A DNA stretch of 46,798 nucleotides from Macrostomum lignano (GCA_002269645.1 NIVC01004413.1:1-46798), one strand, 5' to 3'. Counted from the first letter of the stretch, positions 1 through 30,973 are shown. The notes: generated from the sequence alone by a model not told the origin. Made by a program: numbers and translations.

Positions 1-272
1 AGGGGTGAGAGAGAGAGGAGTTAGAGGAGAGGGGTGAGAGGAGAGAGGACAGGGGTGAGAGGAGTGAGAGGACAGGGGTGAGAGGAGAGAGGAGTGAGAG
101 GAGAGAGGAGTGAGAGGAGAGGGGTGAGAGAGTGAGAGGAGAGGGGTGAGAGGAGTGAGAGGAGTGAGAGAGGAGAGAGGAGTGAGAGAGGAGAGGGGTG
201 AGAGGAGTGAGAGGAGAAGAGAGGAGTGAGAGGAGAGGGGTGAGAGGAGAGAGGGACAGGAGAGGGAAGCGG
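1..272. repeat. Purine-rich (GA/GAGT/GGGGT) low-complexity microsatellite
   Basis: Almost pyrimidine-free run of gagag/gtgagag/ggggtgagag units; truncated by the window start. Confidence 0.95.
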
Positions 273-482
273 AGAGGGGGAGTTAATCCTTCAAAGAGTT
301 ATAAATTACAGCAAAAATGCTTTATGCTCGTAGAATTAATCTGGTACAGAAGTTTTCGTCACGAAATGTCACAGCATCATGAATAAGTGACGAGTGTTAT
401 CCTGATTCGCTACTGAGTCAGAATCAGAAGAAGAAATTCTGCAACATAAATTTTCAATCAAATTCTATTCACAGTGGCGAAA

Positions 483-9109
<8,627 letters not shown>

Positions 9110-10068
9110 ATGCGAGCCATGGCTTACTCGTAGTGTAGCTCGCATCTCATATATGACTTATATTTTTTCATATTTGACTCATATTTGCCAGCAAAACTTT
9201 TATAGCTGACCTTTCAGTTTTGAATTGATACTCATATTGCGATTATTTATATTATTGGTCACACAGATAAATGTGTGCACATTTTTGCAACTTTGGATAA
9301 TTGAGTGCATATTGTTCGTACACGATTGGTAATATACAGCATGCAATAGACAGTTACTGGGAGTTTGATAATAGCAACTTGTGTAGTCGCACAAAAAAAT
9401 TATCCTTGTAAATTTTAGTTCGTCACGAAATGTAAGCCATGCGATGCAGTACGAGCGTAAAGTTTTCCACCTCTGCAAGGGAGGCTTATTGTCGCTATGC
9501 AAGCAGATTCGGTGGTGTACACTGTGGAGTACAGTCAAAATAGGGTACTAAAATAAGGACGGAACAGAGCGGGACTGTTTAATTGTGTTTTTCGTCTCCG
9601 CTCAAATCCGCCACGTACATGTACGTACGTACAGTAGGTAGAGCGAAACGCCTGCACTAGCTGGATTCAGTCGGAGCAGGCAATGAGGCTTATTGCCTAT
9701 ACACTAGGCTTGGAGAGACGCTATGATTCCATGTGTATGCAGCCACTTATAGGTTTGCCTGAAAGGAAGCCTAAACGGGCAAAACACTTGGAGACGTGCT
9801 TGCTTGGAAGGGCCGTTGGAAATATTTGTAAGTCTTGTTATAACTTGATTTATATACTCGTATTTAATCCGAATGCACTTTAGATTGAAAATACACAGGT
9901 GCATTCGTATCAAGCATGTATTCTTTAGAAATCTAATTTGCAAAAAATAGTTTTAAAATACTCGAATGCAAGTTCATATAAAGTTTCAGATGAGGTGAAT
10001 AACTGCATGTATTCCATTATTAACTGGTTCATTTCTAGATAAGTTAACGTCCAACGTAACCAGCTGTC

Positions 10069-13000
10069 ATGTCGGAAGACATTCAAAAGTCTCTGCTCAA
10101 AATGATGAAGCATGGTGAGAGGAGGCTGGAAAAAAGCGATATAGGATCGGAAAAAGACAAAGTAGAGCGAAACTTGTTCTTCGCCTCGGTCGCATCAGGC
10201 AACAATCGTTCCGTGCACTCGTTTTTGCTGAAAGGCATCGACCCGAACGCCACAAACGAGGAGGGTCGCTCCGGCCTGCACATTGCCGCACTGTCGAGCC
10301 ACCAGGACGTGTTCGGCACGCTGCTCACCAGGGGAGCGAATTCCGATCAGGCCGATAAGAGTGGCATCACGCCGCTGATGTGCGCCGCTCAGTCGGGCAG
10401 CGTTGTCATCGTAGACCAGCTCCTTGGTCGCGGCGCGGACGTGACGAAGAAAACAAACGACGGCTTGTCGGCCGTATTCTACGCTCTGTTCAACGGGAAC
10501 ACAAAGATTGCTAAGAAGCTGGAGAAGCAACAGTCGTGCATTCATCAGCTAGCGGAGAAGCCGACCGCTAGTATTCTTGAAAAGGCGGTCACAAAGAACT
10601 GGATCAAGGTGGTACGATTCATGCACGAAAGAAAGTGCGATGTGTCCTACCGAGCAAAGCTCGTCCTCGCCTCCCAAGCTGGCCTGTGCGGTCACACGGA
10701 GATGTTGCAGTACTTTCCAGTAAAGTTTGATGACAAAGTTGATGAAGATGGCCGCAGCCCTCTTCGCTGCGCAGTGCAGAACGGTTTTTATGATGCTGTG
10801 AAATACATGCTGGACGAAGGCTGCGATGTGAATAACAATGAAGAATGCGTTAAAATTGCCATCTTGACAGGGCACTTGGATATACTAAAACTCTTAAGAG
10901 AGAAAGGCGCTCCGCTTTACGAAAAAGACGAACAAGGCGTCACCCCCATTCAGCTAGCTCTTGCCCAAGGAACATTGGATATGCTGAAGTACCTCCTGGA
11001 CCAGGGCTGCTCCCTGGAAGCCCATGAGAAAATGGGAAACTTACCTATAATGGCAGTATCAATGCGACAGACGGAGCTACCAGAAGTCTTGAAATTTCTT
11101 TCTGAGAAAGGCTTGAAAATCGATGAGCAGGATCCTAATACTGGCGAAACAGCACTTTTAGCAATTTCTCAGAAGGGACCGATTCAAGCCATCGAGTTTC
11201 TCATCGATCAGGGTTGCAATTTGAGCGTTAAGAATCAGCGCGATGTGACACCAGCGTTAAGAGCCGCTCATAACAAGCAAGAAGACATACTGATGCTGCT
11301 GGGAGAGCGAGGCGCAGAACTCGACATACCGAATCGTAACGGCGAGACCGCCATTTTGTGCGCAGCTCGCAACAAGTCGCTTTCAATGGTTCGTTTTTTG
11401 GCAGAAAAAGGTTGCAAGCTGGATACGAGGGACATCCTCGGGCATAGCATCGCCTACTACGCCGTGAAGGAAAATAATGTGGCACTACTGAACTTTCTTC
11501 AGCAAAGAAGGGTTTCTTTTGACGACCCCGACAACAAAGGGATGACGCCGCTTATAATTGCCGTTAAATGCGGAGCAATCGACGCGATCAAGCTTCTGAC
11601 AACCCGACCCAATCTGTGCACGATCGACTACAAAGACAGAGCCGGTAGAACTGCTTTGCAACACGCTGTCCAAACAGGTAAGCTGGAAATCATCAAATAT
11701 TTGAAAGAGAAAAATGCCAACGTAAGCACTGTAGACTGTGCTGGAAACACGTTACTTCTAGAAGCACTAAAGCAGAAAAGATCTTATGCCGTTTTGGAAT
11801 ATCTAACTGAAACTCTTGAGTGCGACATTCAGGCAACAAATAATGAAATCAAAACAGCCATGCACTATGCCTGCATGGATAAGACAAACGACGCCCTGAT
11901 GCATCTACTTGAAGCTGAGTCGCCCTTCGATACTCAAGACCACGACGGAATGACGCCTTTCATGATCAGTTCTGCTCAAGGCAGCGAATCGCTTGTCACC
12001 GTGCTCAAGTCCGTTGGTGCCGACGTCAACAGACGGAATCATGCCGGCGAAAATGCGGTTCACTTGGCGGTAAAGAGCGGCAATCTCAAGGTTGTCCAGT
12101 GCTTCTCCCTGTTTGGTTGCGTGATGGACCAGGAAGACAACTGCGGCATCACACCGCTGATGATCGCCTGCTCAAAAAACGAGCTGGGCATGGTCAGGTT
12201 TCTCGTCAAGAAAAATCGAGCGGATGTCAATGCCATCGCTCACAATGGACGAACACCAGCGCACTTTGCGTGCCAGTCTGGTTCCTTGGAGCTTTTGAAG
12301 CTTTTGCACAGCCAGGGTGCAGAGTTGGACAATGCAGATAACAACGGCGTTACGCCCATCTTCCTCGCAGCCGCAAACCAAAATGAAGCGTTCTTGGTGT
12401 ACCTTAGCAACTCGGGATGCCAGCTAGCCGCTGCGGACATGTCCTTGAAGACTGTTCTTCACTACGCTGTTGAGGGAAAGAACGAGGCCGCTGTCCGATC
12501 TCTGCTCGAAAGGGATGGCATCGATCCTAATGCACTTGATGACTCAGGGACTTCGCCCGTGATGCTGAGCGTCCAGCTCGGCAGCGACTCCATCCTGGAG
12601 GCGCTTCGGAAGAAAGGCGGTAGAATCGATGAAACATTCGACCAGGAATGGCGCAGCATTGCCCACATGGCCTGCGCAACTGGAAACCTGAGGCTACTTC
12701 ACGAGACAAAAGGCCAGGTGTCACTCAGTAGCCGAACAAAGTCAAGTGAAAACTGCTTAACTATTGCGTGCGCGAACGGACACGAAGAGATCGTGAACTT
12801 TCTAATTCAGAGTAAGGTTCACATAAGCTACAAGAATTCTCAAGGTGATAACGCACTGATTGTTGCTGTGAAGAGTTCAAATTTAAAGCTGGTTCCTGTG
12901 CTGCTGAAAGCTGGAGCAAAAGCACAGGACACTAATAAAGAGGGAAACAACGCTGCGCACGTGCTCTGCAGCAAGCCTTGCACATCTAAGTTGGACAAAG

Positions 13001-16000
13001 TTAAAAGACTAAAGATGGAGACCGACGAGCATTTGGATGACTTAAAAAGATCTATTGAAAAGGGACTTCGCGGACAAGACGCGCTGAAGCCGAAATTTCT
13101 TGAGGTCGTGTCCAGGACAAAGGAACTGCCCGATCACCTTGTGAAGAGCAAACTGCCTCCGGGCTGCGTGTCAAAAAAACTCGCGATTAAATGTCTCTCC
13201 AAGTTTTTCGAATCTGGGACGGACGTGAACGCGCAGAATAATGAAGGCAAAGGAGCTCTGCATTTCGCGGCCGAGGTTGGAAGCAAGGAGATGATTCGCT
13301 TCCTTCTATCAAAAGGGGCGCTTATTGATCTCAAAGACAAACATGGTGAAACGCCAGTTTTTGGTGCCATCAGACGGGGCAAAGAGAAAGTGGCCGAGCT
13401 GCTGCTCGACCGGGGAGCGAGTGCCTCTAGTACGAATAACAATGGACTGTCGGTGTTCTCGCTGGCTGTCGCGGTCAACAGTGTCAAAGTGGTTGAACTT
13501 CTTCGGCAAACGGAGGCCTCACTAAGCATCGATCATGTAGTTGACGAGCTGAAGCTAGAAGACATATTCAAGTTTCAAAACGTTAAGCACTTGGAATTCC
13601 TTCTCAGCAGAGATTTCGATGGAAAGAAGAGAGAAAACGGTATGACCATTCTTCATCACTTGATTTTGGCTGGCGACATTCAACTGTTAAGAGCGGTTCG
13701 AAGGAATCCCAAGTGCTCGTTTCTTAAGGAAATTGTGAACGATCAGGACGCAGATGGCAATTCAGCCTTGCACTTGGCGCTCATGACTGGCAGGCTGGAC
13801 ATGGCTGCCGTGCTGTCTGACCTTCAGTGCCGCACCGATCTGAGGAATGCACGCGGCCACTTGCCACTGCATGTTGCTGTTAGCGAGAACAAACTCAGCT
13901 TGGTCAGGTGGCTGTTTGATCACTGCAAAATAAGTGTTCGACCGGATGCAGAGGAACCAGAAGGCACCCAGTCTCCGCTACACCTTTCTGCAACCATGGG
14001 CAACCTGCTGGTGTTCGAATATCTGCAGCAGAAAAACTTTAAACCTGAAACAGTTTGCAGCAACAAAAACAACTGCGCCCATTACGCAGCCATTCATGGA
14101 AACCTGCACATCCTGGAAGCTATTTTCGGCTGCCCAGAACGTGAAAATCTACTAAAAGAAGAAAACTGCCAGAATCTGACGCCATTGTTATGCGCTATTC
14201 TTAACGGTCACGAGCGCGTTGCCAGATTTCTGTACGAGAAAAACCCCGTCATGCCGCCTACCGCTATAAACCTTTTGGTTCAACGGGGACACCAGCAAAT
14301 GTTCGACTGGGTAAGCAAGACCGAAAGACCCGGGACCGCTTTGCTTTCTGCTGTCTGTTCCGGAAATCTTCACTTGATTAAGAAGCTCATTAGGGACTCA
14401 ACGGATTGGCAAAAAAACATCGACGAGGATCAGCAAGACAGCTTCGCACACGTGGCTGCGTCATTTGGGCATGGACACTTATTGAGGTTTTTGAATGATA
14501 AACAAGTGAATCTGGATCTGAAAAACAAAAATGGCGACACGCCCTTGCTGAAGTGCGCCAGCAGTGGACATCTGGTTTTAATGAAACTGCTTCAAGAGTT
14601 CAACTGCATCGTTGAAGAGAAGAACGAGATGGACAGGAGCATTGTACACCTGGCCAGTATCGGGTCCGACGGCAGAAGGGGTCACCTGAAGGTGTTGAAG
14701 TTCGCCAGCGATCAGCAGCTGCCGCTCGATGAAGCGGACTCGCAAGGCAACACAGGGCTCATGTACGCATGCCGCAGGGGATTCAAGGACATTGCGGAGT
14801 ACCTGGCCAGCAGCCAGTGCGATGCAAACAAGGCCAATTCAAGAAAACTCACTGCAGTTCATCTGGCCGTCCTGTCAGGCCGGTCCGACATCCTGGAAGT
14901 TCTCTACAAGCACGGCGCTGATCTAAACGCGACGGACGCGAATGAAACAACCCCATTGATGATTGCCGCCTACCGCCACCACCTGGACTGCATGAGTTTC
15001 CTAGTGGATCGGCTGGACGAGGCTGCAATCTGCAAACAAAATAAGTTTGGTTGGACGGCTCTGAAGATCGCTCGTCGGTCAGGACTGCCAGCCTGTGCTA
15101 CATCTGAAATGGAGTCTATGCTGAGTAGGAAAATTCAACTGCCGCCGGAAAGCGAGCATAGGTAAGTGGCTTGAGGCCTCTTTTTGTAACTGGTAGCTCG
15201 CGCTCTTAGACTCAATAGCCCTCAATAGCCTATAGAGAAATCATCGATGCATGATTGCATTCCTTCTGAGAGCAATTAGAACAAATTTAAATTTTACAGC
15301 AAAACGATTCCCGAAGAGGAGATTGTCACAGACATCGACATGAATCTGTCCGCTCATCAGCAACGGCAGCCACTGCAGGTAGACAAAAACCTCGCCGTAG
15401 AAGAAAATCCACAGGAGCTGAACAATGATGAGGAAGATCGGTGAGGTTCCAGAAAAAATTATTGTCCGTCTTAACAAAGTGAGAATTTGCTGAGTCTGCA
15501 TTAATCAATCTGGGCTATGGATCAAAAGTCTACAGCAGGATCTAACTTCTGTGTGTTAGTCTGGAGCAGTAACTAACTCTTGTGTGTTAGTCTGGAGCAG
15601 TAACTAACTCTTGTGTGTTAGTCTGGAGCAGTAACTAACTCTTGTGTGTTAGTCTGGAGCAGTAACTAACTCTTGTGTGTTAGTCTGGAGCAGTAACTAA
15701 CTCTTGTGTGTTAGTCTGGAGCAGTAACTAACTCTTGTGTGTTAGTCTAGAGCAGTAACTAACTCTTGTGTGTTAGTCTGGAGCAGTAACTAACTCTTGT
15801 GTGTTAGTCTGGAGCAGTAACTAACTCTTGTGTGTTAGTCTGGAGCAGTAACTAACTCTTGTGTGTTAGTCTGGAGCAGTAACTAACTCTTGTGTGTTAG
15901 TCTGGAGCAGTAACTAACTCTTGTGTGTTAGTCTGGAGCAGTAACTAACTCTTGTGTGTTAGTCTGGAGCAGTAACTAACTCTTGTGTGTTAGTCTGGAG

Positions 16001-18365
16001 CAGTAACTAACTCTTGTGTGTTAGTCTGGAGCAGTAACTAACTCTTGTGTGTTAGTCTGGAGCAGTAACTAACTCTTGTGTGTTAGTCTAGAGCAGTAAC
16101 TAACTCTTGTGTGTTAGTCTGGAGCAGTAACTAACTCTTGTGTGTTAGTCTAGAGCAGTAACTAACTCTTGTGTGTTAGTCTGGAGCAGTAACTAACTCT
16201 TGTGTGTTAGTCTGGAGCAGTAACTAACTCTTGTGTGTTAGTCTAGAGCAGTAACTAACTCTTGTGTGTTAGTCTGGAGCAGTAACTAACTCTTGTGTGT
16301 TAGTCTGGAGCAGTAACTAACTCTTGTGTGTTAGTCTGGAGCAGTAACTAACTCTTGTGTGTTAGTCTAGAGCAGTAACTAACTCTTGTGTGTTAGTCTG
16401 GAGCAGTAACTAACTCTTGTGTGTTAGTCTGGAGCAGTAACTAACTCTTGTGTGTTAGTCTGGAGCAGTAACTAACTCTTGTGTGTTAGTCTGGAGCAGT
16501 AACTAACTCTTGTGTGTTAGTCTGGAGCAGTAACTAACTCTTGTGTGTTAGTCTGGAGCAGTAACTAACTCTTGTGTGTTAGTCTGGAGCAGTAACTAAC
16601 TCTTGTGTGTTAGTCTGGAGCAGTAACTAACTCTTGTGTGTTAGTCTGGAGCAGTAACTAACTCTTGTGTGTTAGTCTGGAGCAGTAACTAACTCTTGTG
16701 TGTTAGTCTGGAGCAGTAACTAACTCTTGTGTGTTAGTCTGGAGCAGTAACTAACTCTTGTGTGTTAGTCTGGAGCAGTAACTAACTCTTGTGTGTTAGT
16801 CTGGAGCAGTAACTAACTCTTGTGTGTTAGTCTGGAGCAGTAACTAACTCTTGTGTGTTAGTCTGGAGCAGTAACTAACTCTTGTGTGTTAGTCTAGAGC
16901 AGTAACTAACTCTTGTGTGTTAGTCTGGAGCAGTAACTAACTCTTGTGTGTTAGTCTGGAGCAGTAACTAACTCTTGTGTGTTAGTCTGGAGCAGTAACT
17001 AACTCTTGTGTGTTAGTCTGGAGCAGTAACTAACTCTTGTGTGTTAGTCTGGAGCAGTAACTAACTCTTGTGTGTTAGTCTGGAGCAGTAACTAACTCTT
17101 GTGTGTTAGTCTGGAGCAGTAACTAACTCTTGTGTGTTAGTCTGGAGCAGTAACTAACTCTTGTGTGTTAGTCTGGAGCAGTAACTAACTCTTGTGTGTT
17201 AGTCTAGAGCAGTAACTAACTCTTGTGTGTTAGTCTGGAGCAGTAACTAACTCTTGTGTGTTAGTCTGGAGCAGTAACTAACTCTTGTGTGTTAGTCTGG
17301 AGCAGTAACTAACTCTTGTGTGTTAGTCTAGAGCAGTAACTAACTCTTGTGTGTTAGTCTGGAGCAGTAACTAACTCTTGTGTGTTAGTCTGGAGCAGTA
17401 ACTAACTCTTGTGTGTTAGTCTGGAGCAGTAACTAACTCTTGTGTGTTAGTCTGGAGCAGTAACTAACTCTTGTGTGTTAGTCTGGAGCAGTAACTAACT
17501 CTTGTGTGTTAGTCTGGAGCAGTAACTAACTCTTGTGTGTTAGTCTGGAGCAGTAACTAACTCGTGTGTTAGTCTGGAGCAGTAACTAACTCTTGTGTGT
17601 TAGTCTGGAGCAGTAACTAACTCTTGTGTGTTAGTCTGGAGCAGTAACTAACTTCTGTGTGTTAGTCTGGAGCAGTAACTAACTCTTGTGTGTTAGTCTG
17701 GAGCAGTAACTAACTCTTGTGTGTTAGTCTGGAGCAGTAACTAGCTCTTGTGTGTTAGTCTGGAGCAGTAACTAACTTCTGTGTGTTAGTCTGGAGCAGT
17801 AACTAACTCTTGTGTGTTAGTCTGGAGCAGTAACTAACTCTTGTGTGTTAGTCTAGAGCAGTAACTAACTCTTGTGTGTTAGTCTGGAGCAGTAACTAAC
17901 TCTTGTGTGTTAGTCTGGAGCAGTAACTAACTCGTGTGTTAGTCTGGAGCAGTAACTAACTCTTGTGTGTTAGTCTGGAGCAGTAACTAACTCGTGTGTT
18001 AGTCTGGAGCAGTAACTAACTCTTGTGTGTTAGTCTGGAGCAGTAACTAACTTGTCTTTTCTGCGCCGGACTCGAGACAGACTGCATAGCTCATAACCCC
18101 CCCCCCCAAACGGGCACCCTGCAGGTCATCGAACCTCGTCGACACCCGGTGCCGCAAACCGAAGCTGGTCGCAGACCTGGCTGTCGTGAGTGGAACGGGA
18201 GATCAGCAGGACGGGCAGAACGAACCTTCAGCTGTCGATGAAGACAAAGATGAAGAAGAGGCTGATTCCTCATCACCGAGACGGCAGTTTCCCTCGGTTA
18301 AGCAGATGTCTGCTATGCCCGTTCCTGGAGTACCGCCTGAACTGCCCAACTGTGCGCAGCAGTGA
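10069..18365 (+). CDS. Large ankyrin-repeat protein (~1,825 aa; 3 coding exons)
   Basis: Exon 10069-15161 encodes dozens of ANK repeats (G.TPL..A, G.TALH.A). The apparent stop at 15163 lies inside a perfect donor (AG|GTAAGT, 15162). Phase-2 splicing to 15300-15440 (SKTIPEEEIV...NNDEEDR) and 18125-18365 (SSNLVDTR...DEDKDEEE...CAQQ*) keeps an open frame encoding an acidic disordered tail. No ZU5, death or kinase domain recognised. Confidence 0.88.
15551..18052. repeat. 31-bp satellite (GTGTGTTAGTCTGGAGCAGTAACTAACTCTT)n, ~80 copies, in ANK intron 2
   Basis: Period 31 (15551, 15582...); near-identical units with a recurring CTGGAG>CTAGAG variant and a few deletions near the right end; no spacers. 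Confidence 0.97.
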
Positions 18366-21027
18366 ACTGCAGACAGTTTATTCGTTTATGAGTGAACTTT
18401 TGTTGACTGTTTTTTGTTCAAATTTGAATTCATCAAAAGTTTTAGAGGCCAAAAATGGTTTAACCAATACGTTATAACAAATTTACTCACTCAACAAATT
18501 TACTAAGTATTTGACTTGGCTATCAAACAGGATGAATTCAAATTTGCTCAACCTTGACATTTCCATGAACACAAATTCTTTAAAAATTTCATCGAATTGA
18601 AACAAAGTTTGATCCGTTTTTATAATAGTTTAAACTACTCTTGTAATAAATCAAAATAATATGTTGTACCATGTACGTTTAAAACCACCGTAATATTGGC
18701 TTTGGTTTTTTCCTTTACCTTTTCCTCATTACCTTTTGATAATTTTTTTCCTTTCCATGTTAACCAGCTATTTCAAAACTGCTCATGCCTCACTACTTTA
18801 TCCGAGTATATTAACCAAAAATTTTATGCGAAATATATAGAAGCTTGGCTTGCTAGAAGCTAATGCTTCGTTTGAATTCATATTCTGAATCGAAAAATGA
18901 AGTATTTCATTCAGCTATGACATGATTAAGCGGTTCTCTGTGTCCCACTATTATTTGCCTATTGCCTATGCAGCACACTCACCGTTTAGTCTACTGCTAG
19001 TAGCAATTTTAGACATAACCTTTTTTGTACTTTGAATTTTACATTTCTTATATTTCATACATGGACAGCTGAAGTAGAAGGACGCTACACAGGATTTTCT
19101 TAGAAATCAGGCTGGAGGCTGGAGTGGCGTTCTATTGTGAGTTGTTTCACGTCGTCATGGCAACTTGAGTTTTACGCGTCGTTGGTAAAACAGAAGCCAA
19201 TTATACCTGAACGACTACGAGTAACTTCTTTTTGTAGGCAGCCACATTGCAGCTCATTACCTTTCGGTTCGCGAGTCCAATTAGTGTGTACACCATGCAG
19301 TCTGTTTTCGAATGTCTAAAATAAGAATTTCTTTACCAAGCATGACCTGCAAGACGCCATCTTCGATGCGATCGCAACAAAAACACCCACCCGTATGAGA
19401 GTTCGGACCGAGCTGCAGTGGAGCAAATCACAAATTCTTCCCGTCAACATCGGCTTAGCCACACGGAAGCTACGAAGAGACTAAGCTGACAGACAGAAAG
19501 TCTCGCCGTCTTGTCCTTCCCTCACGCATCTTTCGGAACAAAATCCTAAAATTCAACGGATTTGTCTTTAGCAATGACGCGGGCGACTCCTCAGAGTTCC
19601 TTCCCGGCTCCCCTTCGCTCGTCAGTGCAGATCCGGGCGGATCAGAGTGCAGAAGAAGCCGCCTCGTTCCGGTCTTGTCTTGTCCCGCCTCGCAACCTTC
19701 CCTCATCCTCTGCCTGCGTCTCCGCCATCGTCTTCCCCTTCCCTTGATCAGTCGAACGGCGAACCCACCTGGAAACTCTGCCTGCTCCGCTCCTATTTGA
19801 GAATTTTTTCTAGCCTCCTTCCTTCACCGTCCCGGCAAAGTGTACGGCTGTTCAGAGCAGTGGCACCTTTTCCACTCTCCCCAGATTCTCTTTCTCCATC
19901 TCTCCTCCCAAGGAGAGTCGCGAGTAGAAAACTCGAAAAAGATTCTTACCTACCCCTCCCCCTCCTCGATGAACAGTTAAAAAAATAAATGCGATTTTCG
20001 GCATGGAACAGCAGCTGTTGCGGCTTATTCAGGATCGCCGCTACTTTTGAAATTTAACAAAAACAGTTCTTATTTTCTTTTGGTCCTCGGCTGAGTGGTA
20101 AGTTACAATAGAAATATTTTTGTGTTTGCCTTTGTAGACAGACGACATTTCTCTGATAGCTTTTTGAGCTTGCTTGAGAACTGCCACTCCTCAGGTCAAT
20201 TTACTGAAAGCATCTTTCTGCTTCTTGCAAAGTACAAAAGTTTTCACCGGATATGTTACAACCATTTGCGGAGTGACTCCGTCCATTGACTGTTAAAGTC
20301 CGATTTCACAGTTAAACCAAACAATTTATTAGAAAATGAATGTAAAACTAGCAGCACCATCAACTACTTTGGCTTGGTGGCTCTGGTTTTCGTTGTATAA
20401 TTCAGTTTTCTCAGAAAGGTTTGATGTATAAACGAATTTCGGTAGGTAAAAACTCATCTTAATAAAGTATTTTCATTTTATCGACTGCACTTCTGCAATT
20501 TTTGCAGTGCACAGGGCAATCCGTCCTGGTAGACAACTCAGTGCTTTTCACTTTCAACCCTTAGATTCTATTTTGGAGAATATTTCAGAGATTTTTTTTC
20601 CATTCGGTTGCCAAGGCGCCAGATCAGGATCGATGTGTTTGGCGCCGACTCAAATTAGACTATGTAGTCATACCGTACTCGATTCTATTGTACACCAGAC
20701 TGGTGACCCGGCGTCCTGACGCGAGCATCCGTCTTGTCCTGACCCAGGCGAGCAAGGACCCGTGTAGTTGTAGTGTACCCAAGGACTACTAGCAGTTTAT
20801 ATGTATGCTGCTAGAGGTCCTTGACTGTATCCTGTACACTCTACTGAATCCCTAACAGGGGATTTTCAAGACGGATTTGTCTTAATTATACTCGCTGGTA
20901 GAACTCCATGGAAGGCAGCGAATTAATTCTGAACAAAAGCTTAGAGAACGTTTGGAGAACCCACTGTTACTTTCTCGACTCTCAGGAGAGTTTAAAAATG
21001 GGACACGAATGCTACCTACTAGTAGTT

Positions 21028-21400
21028 GGGGGCCGCAGCCCAGTGGCCTAGCGCGGCGCTCTGGTGTGCCAGCGACCCAGGCTCGATTCCCAGTGCATTC
21101 ACATTAAGTTGTGACTAAATTGGAATCTCGGCTTGGCTCTGCTCGTGCAATTAACGGCTTTGAGGGCCAACGCCCAAGGCACAGTGAAGTGTACATGCCT
21201 AACGATAAACAAAGTTAAAGGGCCGCTGTACACTCCTGTGTGAGTGCGTGTCTGTGCGTTTGACTGCGTACGTATCCGCGCGCTTGTGTGCCTGCTCAGG
21301 GGAGTTGGCGGAATGGGCAGCAATGCATCTCGCCGGTTGTGTGACAATGTCGCTTAAAGTGTTCCAGGGTGCACACAGCCCACTTCTTCTATCAAACTAA
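21028..21400 (+). mobile_element. tRNA-headed SINE, family 1
   Basis: Head GGGGGCCGCAGCCCAGTGGCCTAGCGCGG...GGCTCGATTCCC (Pol III A and B boxes), shared core, A/ACTA-rich tail; second copy at 7478-7790. Confidence 0.85.
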
Positions 21401-21564
21401 CTAAAAAGTAACAATTAACTTGATTTAAAAATTAGCTACTGCTTTGACTTTTCTTAGTTTTTAAACTTCTTTAGTTACACTATAGATTAAATGCAAGATA
21501 GTCTACTTGCTATCAAGTAGTCACATTGGAACATGACCTATCAATAAATTATCAGAGACGAAAA

Positions 21565-30232
<8,668 letters not shown>

Positions 30233-30973
30233 CGCAGCCTAGAACAGACGATTGACTCAAGAAGTGTTGTCGAGTTGTTGTATGCTGTAACTAACAGGTT
30301 TTTATCTGCCCCCAGTTGGTCATGTAACATGTAAATAAGAGTTTTGACGTTTCACCACAGAAGTTTTTAAATACCTCTGCCGATTTTTTATGCAATTTTC
30401 TTATGCTGAATCGGTCTGCATACAATTGCAGAACCGTGTCGCAAAGCGTGTTGGTCCTTCTGTTAAAGTTTTAAAAAGCATTGCTAAGACACCACGTATG
30501 TAATCTAAAGTATTTTCTTTTCAACCAATAAAATATTTGAAATCTATTGAACTTTTAATCTGAGTCGCTGCATCAGACAGTGAGATTTCCCAGTAATACG
30601 TGCATTCAGGTCCCCTCCGTGTGTCAAGAACCGAGCGATAACTTACTGAAATTGCATTGAACCACATTCAGTTTTTTAAAACTATTTTCTTCAGAAAAGC
30701 GCTGATATCCTCAGTTACGAATCTATATCTCAGAATTTAAAATAATCGATTACATAGGTACGTGCAGATGCTTTCAGTTTTACGAAGACAAGTTTTGCGT
30801 ATACTCGTATCTGTTCAACCCCGACAAGGAAAAAGTTGGTATGTACACTAAGAGCGAAATAAAGATTAAAGGACAAACCAAAGCTTTAGAGTTACTGAGT
30901 CAACCGATGAAATATTCAATTTACTTCGAAAGCTTTCACATCCATTGCAAAGACACTAAAATCTGTCAATCGA

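Noticed and set aside
10083-14926. Short antisense and alternate-frame ORFs over the ANK, toxin-like, YR and BEL genes
   Set aside because: Shadow ORFs of long GC-rich coding sequences with no recognisable motifs.
10069-15161. Ankyrin protein as a latrotoxin-like toxin linked to the toxin cluster
   Set aside because: No signal peptide or latrotoxin-type N-terminal domain; repeats start at about residue 35; proximity alone is not evidence.
10069-15165. Ankyrin gene as a single-exon ORF ending at 15165
   Set aside because: The TAA lies within a perfect AG|GTAAGT donor, and two downstream exons continue in phase.
15551-18052. 31-bp array as a CRISPR array
   Set aside because: Units are contiguous with no unique spacers, there are no cas genes, and it lies in a eukaryotic intron.
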